IMG/VR virus record: IMGVR_UViG_3300020196_000003
Origin: a virus
Length of the DNA stretch: 64,000 bases
Direction: 5' to 3' (one strand)
The position numbers were made by a program, and so were the translations under genes. Each line of letters starts with the position of its first letter. Position 1 is the stretch's first letter. The notes under the pieces are model-generated. The model did no database searches and was not told the DNA's origin. It saw only the letters and a list, made by a program, of their open reading frames with translations. Positions 56,071 to 64,000 of the stretch are shown in pieces.

Positions 56071-57089
56071 TTGTTTGTTTTATTTTTGTTATTTCTAAAT
56101 TTTTGTTTTTCTTTTCTTGTTAATTTTAGGAATGGTTTTAAAAAACTTACCCAAGCGTCGTCACCCTTCGGTAAGTATTTAAAAAACCCGTCCTCCATCA
56201 TCATTCGAATTAGATTTCTATACCCTCTTCCGTCGGGATCCATCGACTCTGAGTAATATAGTCCAACTAATTCTTTTTCCTCTTCATTTAAAAGGGGGTT
56301 ATCCAAGTTAACAAGTTTTTCGTTGATTACAAAAAACTCATCACCAAAAATACCCTCTTTTGTTTTCCCACTGAGGAGGTTATGAAGAACAACGTTTTCT
56401 TTTTCTTCTTTTAAAAGTTTTTCACTCTTTTGTAAAATATATACTAATTCAACATGTTGTTCAAGTAACTCAGGAAACATTTTAATTAAAGTTTTCTCAC
56501 CAAGATAGAATATACCATCAATATTGTCGGAGATATCTCCTGTGAGTATTTTAATTGTTTTAACATTATAGTGAGGGACTTCGATATCGTGAAGTTTTAT
56601 TTTATCTCCCAACTTATAATATTTTTTTGTGGATGGTGAATAAATCGAAACTTTTTCGTCAATCAGTTGAGTCAAATCTCTGTCACTCGAAAAGATTGTT
56701 TTTTCTTCGTCTAAAGAGACTTTGCAGTACTGAGCAATTAAGTCATCAGCTTCTGCATGTTCTGTCTCCAGTTGTCTTACAAACATCTCCTCAAGGTATT
56801 GTTTAACCCTTTGTTTTTGTTCCAAAAAAGATTCTTCTTTCAATTCCGTTTCAGATGATTTACGGTTTAACTTATACTTGGGATAAATTAATCTTCTCTG
56901 AGTCGATGAAGTTTTAGAGTCCCAAAGAACAACAACTTTATTGTAGTTATGTTCTTCGAGGAATTTGCGAAGAGTGTTTATAAAGTGCCATACACCACCA
57001 ACATGTTTTCCATTATGATAGAAATCTCTAACACCATGAAATCCAATTTTCAATAAATTATTTCCATCTACTAATAATGTTTTGGACAC
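56067..57089 (-). CDS. 5'-3' exonuclease (T4 RNase H/Pol I 5'-nuclease-like)
   Basis: LLVDGNN, YKLNR, EADD, SSDRDL, GDISDNIDG...GEKT. Confidence 0.92.
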   Translation of the reverse strand: MSKTLLVDGNNLLKIGFHGVRDFYHNGKHVGGVWHFINTLRKFLEEHNYNKVVVLWDSKTSSTQRRLIYPKYKLNRKSSETELKEESFLEQKQRVKQYLEEMFVRQLETEHAEADDLIAQYCKVSLDEEKTIFSSDRDLTQLIDEKVSIYSPSTKKYYKLGDKIKLHDIEVPHYNVKTIKILTGDISDNIDGIFYLGEKTLIKMFPELLEQHVELVYILQKSEKLLKEEKENVVLHNLLSGKTKEGIFGDEFFVINEKLVNLDNPLLNEEEKELVGLYYSESMDPDGRGYRNLIRMMMEDGFFKYLPKGDDAWVSFLKPFLKLTRKEKQKFRNNKNKTNK

Positions 57090-57110
57090 TTCCTGAAAAT
57101 TAAATGATTT

Positions 57111-58118
57111 CTACTCTACTTCTTCTTTTTCTGTTTTCAGATCAAAGTCACCATCAACTCCGATTATATCTTTCCAATAGTCAGCATACTCTTTCTTATA
57201 CTTTTCTATTGATGCCTTTTCTTCGGTTGTATCTTTACCGGGTAAAAATCCGTGGGGAGTTACAATAATTCTTCCGTCTTCAAAACCAAGACCATTAATG
57301 TGGTTTTTCATAACTGACACTTTTGTCCTTGAAGCAAACTTTACAGTCCTCTTATCTTTTGTTGCTGTGATCTTTGTTGTACCAGCACCTTTTTGATTAC
57401 CAAATAAGAACACCAAAGAGGAATTTAACCAAATTGCTTCACCACCTTTTGCCTTAATTTTTGGTTGACCAAAAGGATTATCGGGCAACTCTACCCATGG
57501 TTGGTTAACCACTATCAAAGTATTTTCGTGTTTGGAATCTGATTTACGAGATCCTGAAATTCTTTGGTTAATACCCATACCGATTTTGTCGGCCAATGCT
57601 GCTGCATTGTGTTGTTTTCCACCTCGCCCTTCATAAGTCATTTTACATGGAACTGATCCGACTGAATCCCACACTATACAAAGTGAATAATCTAACTCAC
57701 CTTTTTCTTGTGCATCCAATAAATCGTTTATATATTCCGTAATTTGTTCAATGTAGTCGAAGTTATTATTAAATAAGAAAAATCCATCCCATGTTAATTC
57801 ACCCGTTTCTTCATCTACCACTTCTTCACAGTCAAGTCCCATAAGTTTGGAGTGTTCAAAAGACCACTTCTGTTCAGTAATAATAAAAACAGGAAGAATA
57901 CCCTTTTTTTGTGCGTCAACTGCAGTTTTAATAAGTGCAGTAGTTTTTCCTGTATCCGAGTGACCGAGCAACATATTCAAGTGTCCTATTGCAGGACCAG
58001 GTAATCCAACCGCATCAAGGAATTCTGAACCAAGATCAAAAAATCTTTGTGGTTTATATTTTGCGTCCGCAGAGAACTTCTTTTTTATCGAAGTAAAGTC
58101 ATTTTTCTTAAGAGCCAT
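57111..58118 (-). CDS. recA: RecA/UvsX-like recombinase
   Basis: GHSDTGKTT, VWDSVG, VVNQ, KGGEA, KN motifs. Confidence 0.88.
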   Translation of the reverse strand: MALKKNDFTSIKKKFSADAKYKPQRFFDLGSEFLDAVGLPGPAIGHLNMLLGHSDTGKTTALIKTAVDAQKKGILPVFIITEQKWSFEHSKLMGLDCEEVVDEETGELTWDGFFLFNNNFDYIEQITEYINDLLDAQEKGELDYSLCIVWDSVGSVPCKMTYEGRGGKQHNAAALADKIGMGINQRISGSRKSDSKHENTLIVVNQPWVELPDNPFGQPKIKAKGGEAIWLNSSLVFLFGNQKGAGTTKITATKDKRTVKFASRTKVSVMKNHINGLGFEDGRIIVTPHGFLPGKDTTEEKASIEKYKKEYADYWKDIIGVDGDFDLKTEKEEVE

Positions 58119-58339
58119 TATAGTCCGTGAATTTTAAAATTTGCGATTGTTTCTAACTTATCTTTTGCATTTGTCATCTGCTCAACTAAGTTATCCATTT
58201 CTTCTGTATGTTGTGGATGTTCTCCAATACCAACAGGATTTGTGAAATAAATATAAAGTCTTGCTTCTGCATCTGCGATTTCTGCCTCATATTTTTTTAC
58301 AAGGGCTTCTTGTAATTTTTCTACCATAAAAGGGTTCAT
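58118..58339 (-). CDS. hypothetical protein (VGIGEHP motif)
   Basis: Start reassigned to ATG 58339; the track's extension overlaps the terminator. Confidence 0.7.
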   Translation of the reverse strand: MNPFMVEKLQEALVKKYEAEIADAEARLYIYFTNPVGIGEHPQHTEEMDNLVEQMTNAKDKLETIANFKIHGL

Positions 58340-58363
58340 AATTTGTTTTTTAAAAATATAAAC

Positions 58364-58395
58364 AAAAAAGGGCACTTTGTATATAAAAAGTACCC
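58364..58395 (-). terminator. rho-independent terminator
   Basis: GGGTACTTT/AAAGTGCCC stem (one G-U pair) plus a U tract, after the SSB gene. Confidence 0.65.
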
Positions 58396-58409
58396 AATTT
58401 TTTGTGTGA

Positions 58410-59273
58410 TTAAAACGGTAATTGTTCGTCGATTTCGTCTTCTAACTGTGGGTCATTGACTTCGTTAATTAGTTTAGAAGTTGATTTTCCTCCTAAAGAA
58501 ACTTCTGAAGTTTCATCATTCGAATAAACATACCCACCTTTTTCTGAGTCCCAACGTGGAGTTTCTCCTCGTGCAATTGCTTCGAGATATTCAACAGGTT
58601 TTTTAGAGTATACATCTTCCCAAGTCATTCCGTCCTCAACCCATTCTTTACCTTGAGTGACATCATTTGAAATTGATGATGGATCGTCATACATTACTGT
58701 TTGAATTACCGTATAAGTCGCTCCTTTCGGAGTTTTTGCTTTAGTCAATTCTAAAATAAGGTCTCGACCATTATCAGGATCTGTAATATCACCTTTAGCC
58801 TTCCAAATAGGAATAATTTTGTCAAGGATTCCTTCTTGTTTGTAGTTGTGTTTGAAACGCCAAAATTTTACTCCGTCTTGTTCGTTGTCACGATCAATAA
58901 CTTTAACAATGTAAAACTTCCGAGCTTTGTATTGTTTTGCAAGTTCTTTATCAGACTCTCTACCCGTTGATATAAGTTCTTCATAAACCTCATTCAAGGG
59001 TGAACGCTCATTATCATTTTTTGATGGATCATAAAATTTTTGCCATTTTCCGTCCACTTGAACTTCGTGGAACCATACTTCTTTAAACGGTGAAGATCCG
59101 TCGGACGTTGGTAAGATTCTAAGTTTTCTTTGTCCTTGTTTTTCATTGTCTTTCAAAAGAGCCGCAAAGTATTTCTTCATTCGGTCTTCAGATGACATTT
59201 TTAATGTAGTGTTAGAACTACTTTGTGATTTTTCGTACTGCGCAAGTACTGCGTTTAGTGAATTTGTCGCCAT
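58410..59273 (-). CDS. gp32-like single-stranded DNA-binding protein
   Basis: RILP, KVIDR, DITDP..GRD motifs; acidic tail ending in LPF. Confidence 0.85.
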   Translation of the reverse strand: MATNSLNAVLAQYEKSQSSSNTTLKMSSEDRMKKYFAALLKDNEKQGQRKLRILPTSDGSSPFKEVWFHEVQVDGKWQKFYDPSKNDNERSPLNEVYEELISTGRESDKELAKQYKARKFYIVKVIDRDNEQDGVKFWRFKHNYKQEGILDKIIPIWKAKGDITDPDNGRDLILELTKAKTPKGATYTVIQTVMYDDPSSISNDVTQGKEWVEDGMTWEDVYSKKPVEYLEAIARGETPRWDSEKGGYVYSNDETSEVSLGGKSTSKLINEVNDPQLEDEIDEQLPF

Positions 59274-59307
59274 GTGTAATTAAAAATTTAAAGTTTATGT
59301 GTAAAAA

Positions 59308-59336
59308 AGTATAAGTATATAGAAAGGTTTTGTCAA
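59308..59336 (-). promoter_or_regulatory. near-consensus sigma70 promoter
   Basis: TTGACA-N17-TATACT upstream of the SSB gene. Confidence 0.7.
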
Positions 59337-59351
59337 TTGGTGTTGAAAAAA

Positions 59352-60023
59352 TTAAGAGTTATATTTGTTCAATAATATGTCGTCTTCATCGTCCATCGGT
59401 TCATTGAAAGATTTTTCAATTTCAGATGGGCTAAAACTTTCAACTTCATCTTGTGTTAGTACGTACTCATTTTTTCCCGTTTTCTCCATTTCTTGTTGTT
59501 TATCTTGGAAAAAGTCGGCCAAATTTTGTTTGAATGGCCCTGAGTCTAGTGATCTTAGTTGTAATTTTTCTTGAGCCGTCTTTGGTCTATATTTTTCGAC
59601 CTTTGTGTCTAATGTGTCAAGTTTAGAGACAATAGAATCCATTTCCGCCAATTTTTCTTCCATTTTTTTTATTTGGTCGAACAAATTAGTAAAATATTCT
59701 TCTTGTTTATCTGCCATCGTTTTTTGTGAATCAACCAAGTCTGTTATGTCAAGTTCTTCAGTTTCTCCTTCGGCCCCTTCCTCCCCTTCGACTGGTACTT
59801 CTTCAACATCAGGATCTGTTTTAGGATCTATAGGTGCCCCCTCAGCTTCGGCTGGCGGTGTGGGTGGTGCTCCTGCCGCTGCTGGATCTACGGGTGGTGC
59901 TCCTGCCGCTAACGGATCCGCAGCTGGTTCTGCGGGTGGTGGTGGAACCTCTTGTTCCATTATGTAATTGTTGATAGACCTATATCTAGCAAGTTCATTT
60001 AATATTTTTTCGTCTAATTTCAT
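59352..60023 (-). CDS. Pro/Ala-rich acidic coiled-coil protein, putative head/scaffold-associated
   Basis: ILNELAR...YIMEQ leader, P/A repeats, coiled coil. Confidence 0.7.
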   Translation of the reverse strand: MKLDEKILNELARYRSINNYIMEQEVPPPPAEPAADPLAAGAPPVDPAAAGAPPTPPAEAEGAPIDPKTDPDVEEVPVEGEEGAEGETEELDITDLVDSQKTMADKQEEYFTNLFDQIKKMEEKLAEMDSIVSKLDTLDTKVEKYRPKTAQEKLQLRSLDSGPFKQNLADFFQDKQQEMEKTGKNEYVLTQDEVESFSPSEIEKSFNEPMDDEDDILLNKYNS

Positions 60024-60024
60024 T

Positions 60025-60249
60025 TTATCCGTTTAGTAAAGTTTTTATACCATGGTTGGTTTCTACTTGTATTTTTTTGAATGTTTTCATAGTATTGTCA
60101 ACTCGTTCAATTAAACCGTCTTTTATTCGAACTGTGTAACAATCTCCAGTATCAAGGTCACAAACTTGTTTAGTTCCGTCACCCATGTCTTTCTCGGAAA
60201 CTCTTGTGTTTTTACCAAGATAATTATCCAATATCATTTTTGTACTCAT
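60025..60249 (-). CDS. hypothetical protein (CDLDTGDC)
   Basis: 74 aa; TATTTAT at 60264-60270. Confidence 0.7.
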   Translation of the reverse strand: MSTKMILDNYLGKNTRVSEKDMGDGTKQVCDLDTGDCYTVRIKDGLIERVDNTMKTFKKIQVETNHGIKTLLNG

Positions 60250-60270
60250 ATCGTTTTTTATTTATAAATA

Positions 60271-63200
60271 TCATGTTATTGTAAAAGTTTGAACTGTTAA
60301 AAAAGCATTGTTAGCTTTTAGGAACTCATCTCTTAAACTTAATTTTTCTTGTTCGGTTAGTGTGGTGTAAACATTAGGTGGTTGTTCGACCGGGTAATTT
60401 AATACATACATTTTTGCAATAGCCGAAGAAACACCTTCTCTAGTGTTAAAATCAAAATTATTTTGTTCTGCTTTTAATAAAGTTAAGATTGGACTAGTTT
60501 TATCTACAAGAAATTTTACAAAATCTTCAAACGAATTAAAAGCAGCAATTGGTAAATTTGAATTTGTTCCTCTTGTAACACAAAAATAATTTTTCTTGAT
60601 TAAATTAATAAAGTTCGGTCCGTATATTTCTTTAAGGTTTATTGTATTGTAATTATGCTCGTATGAAAATATACCGTTTTCTTTACCTGAATCTACATAT
60701 ACAAAACTAAAGGCCATGTTTGCAATAACAGCAGTTGTTTCACCTGTTGCCGAATAACCGCTTGCAATTAACTGTTTTTTAATCTGTTCGAATAACTGTT
60801 TTATAGTTTGTGTGGTTGGTTTCGGTGTATCGAGTCCAGTATACTTTAAGTATATAGGATTTATATTTTCAACACAATCTTGATTTTTAGTTAATGTTTC
60901 CTCTGATTTAATATTAGACAAAATATTATCTTTTTGTGCTAATACATTTTTGGAACTTTCTCTTTCTTTTTTCTCGTTCTGTTGGATTCTTGTTTGAATT
61001 GTTTCTAAAATTTTAATATTAAGTGTTTGTAAAAAATTATCAATTTTTGGAAGAGAGTAAAAAGGTTGTCTTGTTCCTTGAAAATTAGTAGTAAAATTTT
61101 CCTCAGATATATCGTGTGTGATTTTGGTAATCATATAAGGTCCTGAAAACATTGGAACATTTCTTATATTAAAATACATCATAGGTTGTATCAAAGCACA
61201 ACCCATCATATCCACACTACATTCATAACTTCTATTTTTATATAAATTATATAAAGACACTGACTGTGTTGTAGATCTTCTGTTTCCACCTAAATTTGCC
61301 ATCTGATTTAGCATTTCTAGTGACTCAGCGGTCGGTTTACCAGGTGTTTGATTTACAGCAAAACTTTTGAAAATTTGTTGGTTTGGTCTTGTAATGTCGA
61401 CATTAAATCCAACAACTTTATTTGATTTGTCCCAATCTTTTTTATAAGACTGATTTTCTTGCAAAGGATTATCACTAGCCCTTCTCAAATCAAACGCATC
61501 ATCTCTATATCTATAATCTATATTATCTTTCATGTCTAAGTGTTCGCTTGGTTTATTTGCATAGTAGCATAAAAATTTGGGAGAACTGTTTCTATAGTCA
61601 ACATTCAAAAACGTTCCAAAAAGTGTGTTACCAAATTCTAATGTTCCATCAGGTCTTGGTGTTGGGTTTTTTTGCGTGTCTTGTACGTTGTAAAAATTAA
61701 CATATGATGGCAACATAAAATATTGAAAGTTATTCTGAACTAAAATAGTCGTAATCATATCTAACAAAGTGTTTTTATAACTTCCATCTTTTATAAGATC
61801 TTGGATTAAAAAAATGTCAACAATAATTTTATCTCCAACATTTCTACTTGCCCGGTCAACCAGCATCACATCCTCAAAAAGTGTTTTGTTTTGGAAATCA
61901 AAACCCGCAATCCAACTATCGTTTAAAGCCTTGAATGTTTCCCATAGTTCAGTTCTTGTTTGTTCCGTAAATCCGGCTTCCAAATTAGCCCTATTTTCGG
62001 CAAATTCTTGATTTATTAGAACTGAAGGTAAGTTTTTTCTAACTTGTGGTAACATAACATTAATTACATTACCAATATAATTATCAGATTCTATAATATA
62101 ACTATCCATTAAATTGTAGAAAGATGTTAGATTTAAATTATTCTTTTTTAATTTTTCGCTAGCGTAAAGTTTAATAATAGGTGCAAAGTCTTCAACATTT
62201 TTTTCATTAAACTGCACGTTCATATCAATAAAAAAATCAGTAATGTAAGATCCATTATTTTTATATTCCAATTCAGGAATTGATGATGTCCCAACATAGT
62301 TTAATAATTTTTTCCATGTCTCAGGACTTTGCTGTTGCGATGCCGATAACGATACTTGAGGCGGAAGTGTTCCATTTTCGTACGGACCATATATAAATGG
62401 ATCTTCTAAAAATCTTGTCGAAAAAGTCAGATACAATCTTCTGTTAAACTGTGTTGGGTTACCAAATTTGAAAACTATATCATAGTTCATGAAACCTGAT
62501 AAGACTTGTTGAAACTGAGTATTTTGACTTGCGATTATTTCTGTGAGTTTCGTTTCTGGCGAAGTTCCTGTTGGCGTTTGAATTTTCAGGAGTTCTCTCA
62601 TCAGTCCCTGAAAATTTTTATATGTTTGGTCACTAACTATTGTTTTGAAGTTCGGTTGATTATTACTTACTTGTGTGTAGGACCCATCCTGATTTTTCAT
62701 AACATTTAATTGTGTTAATGATTCAGAATTTGTTGTAGGTGGTAGTGTGTCGACATAGTCGTATATAGATCTACTAAAATTTAAAAATTCTGATTCAAAT
62801 AAATCCAAAGTTTTAATGTCAAAAGTTGTAAACAACTCTTCAAAATTTGTATAGTCATTTTGTTTTCCAGTAATCAAAAAGTTTTGTTGATCTTTTTGTT
62901 CGTTAAGAATTTGTTTTAAATATGTAATTGGATTATTTTTTTTGACTTGTGAATTATTGAACCATCCATATTGTGGAGCATTCCAAAATAACCTTACAGT
63001 TCCGTTGAACATAGATGGGTTATCAAATAGTTCTTTTTTCATGTTACCGTTTCGGAAAGTCTCGTCTTTTGCTTGATTAATGTTTGTACCGAAAGATGGT
63101 AAGACATAGTAACCTGTAGTATCCGTAGTTCTTACAACAACGGAATATGGCGATATTCTCATTGTTCTTAACTTGTTAGATGGGTCAAAACCAATCGATC

Positions 63201-64000
63201 CATATATTGTAGAGTCCAAGGTATTAAACATAATCAACTTTTTGTTATCTAAAAGTGGTTGTATTGATCCCGAAGATATTCCTTGTATGTATTGATTTTG
63301 GACAACAAATGGTGAAGTTACTGAATCAGCTTGATTAGATGAAATCAAGTAAATACCCTTACCACCTGTGGTTCCTGAAATTTGACTTATAATTGTTATA
63401 TCCCCATTGAAATTGGGTCCATTTATAATTTGTCCTTGCGTTAAAACATTACTATATATTTGATCAACCTGTAAAGGGGGATTGAGAACTCTGAAGTCTG
63501 ATGTTGTAGTGTTTGCGGTATAAGTGTTTAATTTATAAATACCATTAGAATTTGATGGCCCACTATATTGAGTTTGAATCGTTATCGCAGGATTGATTGT
63601 TGATCCCGATAGGATACTTCCTGTACCCAAAGAATTTAAAGTTAAGCCACTGACACTAACATAACTATTAAGAATGAAACTTGTTACATTCGATGTTAAT
63701 CCTGGTGTAATGTTATAGGTTCCAGTTCCCCCACTTGTATTAGGCCCAAAACTATTAACAATTAAATTAATAATTGTATTCCCAATCGTAATTTTCAACT
63801 GATCTCCAACCGTAATTAAATTTTTAGTTATAGAACTTACACTCAACACATTCCCCGATGACGAACATGTACCAGTCACAGTAAAAACATTGCAATTACC
63901 ACTGATACTTCGAGTTTTTGCAATACCTGAAACTTGTGTTTGACCGCTAAAAAGTTTTAGTCCTTGTAAAAAAACGTTGAAGTCGTCCAGTGTCTGCGGA
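60271..64000 (-). CDS. large baseplate hub-like/tail protein, 5'-truncated by window edge
   Basis: Frame is open to the window end; CSVDMMGCALIQP...FSGPYMITKITHDIS...FTTNFQG resembles the gpD/gp27 hub C-terminal motif. Confidence 0.6.
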   Translation of the reverse strand, partial: PQTLDDFNVFLQGLKLFSGQTQVSGIAKTRSISGNCNVFTVTGTCSSSGNVLSVSSITKNLITVGDQLKITIGNTIINLIVNSFGPNTSGGTGTYNITPGLTSNVTSFILNSYVSVSGLTLNSLGTGSILSGSTINPAITIQTQYSGPSNSNGIYKLNTYTANTTTSDFRVLNPPLQVDQIYSNVLTQGQIINGPNFNGDITIISQISGTTGGKGIYLISSNQADSVTSPFVVQNQYIQGISSGSIQPLLDNKKLIMFNTLDSTIYGSIGFDPSNKLRTMRISPYSVVVRTTDTTGYYVLPSFGTNINQAKDETFRNGNMKKELFDNPSMFNGTVRLFWNAPQYGWFNNSQVKKNNPITYLKQILNEQKDQQNFLITGKQNDYTNFEELFTTFDIKTLDLFESEFLNFSRSIYDYVDTLPPTTNSESLTQLNVMKNQDGSYTQVSNNQPNFKTIVSDQTYKNFQGLMRELLKIQTPTGTSPETKLTEIIASQNTQFQQVLSGFMNYDIVFKFGNPTQFNRRLYLTFSTRFLEDPFIYGPYENGTLPPQVSLSASQQQSPETWKKLLNYVGTSSIPELEYKNNGSYITDFFIDMNVQFNEKNVEDFAPIIKLYASEKLKKNNLNLTSFYNLMDSYIIESDNYIGNVINVMLPQVRKNLPSVLINQEFAENRANLEAGFTEQTRTELWETFKALNDSWIAGFDFQNKTLFEDVMLVDRASRNVGDKIIVDIFLIQDLIKDGSYKNTLLDMITTILVQNNFQYFMLPSYVNFYNVQDTQKNPTPRPDGTLEFGNTLFGTFLNVDYRNSSPKFLCYYANKPSEHLDMKDNIDYRYRDDAFDLRRASDNPLQENQSYKKDWDKSNKVVGFNVDITRPNQQIFKSFAVNQTPGKPTAESLEMLNQMANLGGNRRSTTQSVSLYNLYKNRSYECSVDMMGCALIQPMMYFNIRNVPMFSGPYMITKITHDISEENFTTNFQGTRQPFYSLPKIDNFLQTLNIKILETIQTRIQQNEKKERESSKNVLAQKDNILSNIKSEETLTKNQDCVENINPIYLKYTGLDTPKPTTQTIKQLFEQIKKQLIASGYSATGETTAVIANMAFSFVYVDSGKENGIFSYEHNYNTINLKEIYGPNFINLIKKNYFCVTRGTNSNLPIAAFNSFEDFVKFLVDKTSPILTLLKAEQNNFDFNTREGVSSAIAKMYVLNYPVEQPPNVYTTLTEQEKLSLRDEFLKANNAFLTVQTFTIT

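Noticed and set aside
52320-58118. Inteins or introns in nrdJ, dnaB or recA
   Set aside because: Lengths are normal, motifs are contiguous and no splice-junction signatures were seen.
1325-60270. T4 gp55 late promoter TATAAATA
   Set aside because: The plus-strand matches precede minus-strand genes, so the orientation is opposite to T4. Reported instead as TATTTAT.
627-62709. Short antisense or nested ORFs in the track (e.g. 627..809, 3414..3644, 10003..10368, 13998..14498, 20965..21462, 59605..59967)
   Set aside because: They are shadows of longer, motif-bearing genes and have no independent signals.

Overview
AT-rich, gene-dense segment of a large T4-like/jumbo myophage genome. Most genes are on the minus strand and the standard code (11) is used. 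A Bacteroidota host is suggested by TTTG-N19/20-TAnnTTTG promoters, A-rich leaders without obvious Shine-Dalgarno sites, a sigma70 lacking region 1.1, an Hc1-like protein, a DUF6576-like motif and SprB-like repeats. Left to right: (1-16 kb) probable head-associated proteins with shared N-terminal leaders, an LRR protein, an adenine methyltransferase, DnaJ, a lysis-like cluster, a candidate ncRNA and a sigma factor; (16-28 kb) a methyltransferase-nuclease pair, SbcC/SbcD, a PD-(D/E)xK nuclease, primase and RuvC; (25-52 kb) a long baseplate/tail-fibre block of Cys-rich, Pro/Thr/Ser-rich and SprB-repeat proteins with an embedded glycosyltransferase; (52-60 kb) class II RNR, DnaB, 5'-3' exonuclease, RecA and a gp32-like SSB; (60-64 kb) a truncated large hub-like protein. 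Top hypothesis: a phage-encoded protein O-glycosylation system, in which an SGT1/HPAT-like peptidyl glycosyltransferase decorates mucin/extensin-like linkers of neighbouring tail proteins. Also notable are a structured ~165-nt RNA after the sigma gene, a strand-specific TATTTAT late-type motif, and several decayed gene relics missed by the ORF track. All family assignments come from motif recognition by eye; no database searches were run.
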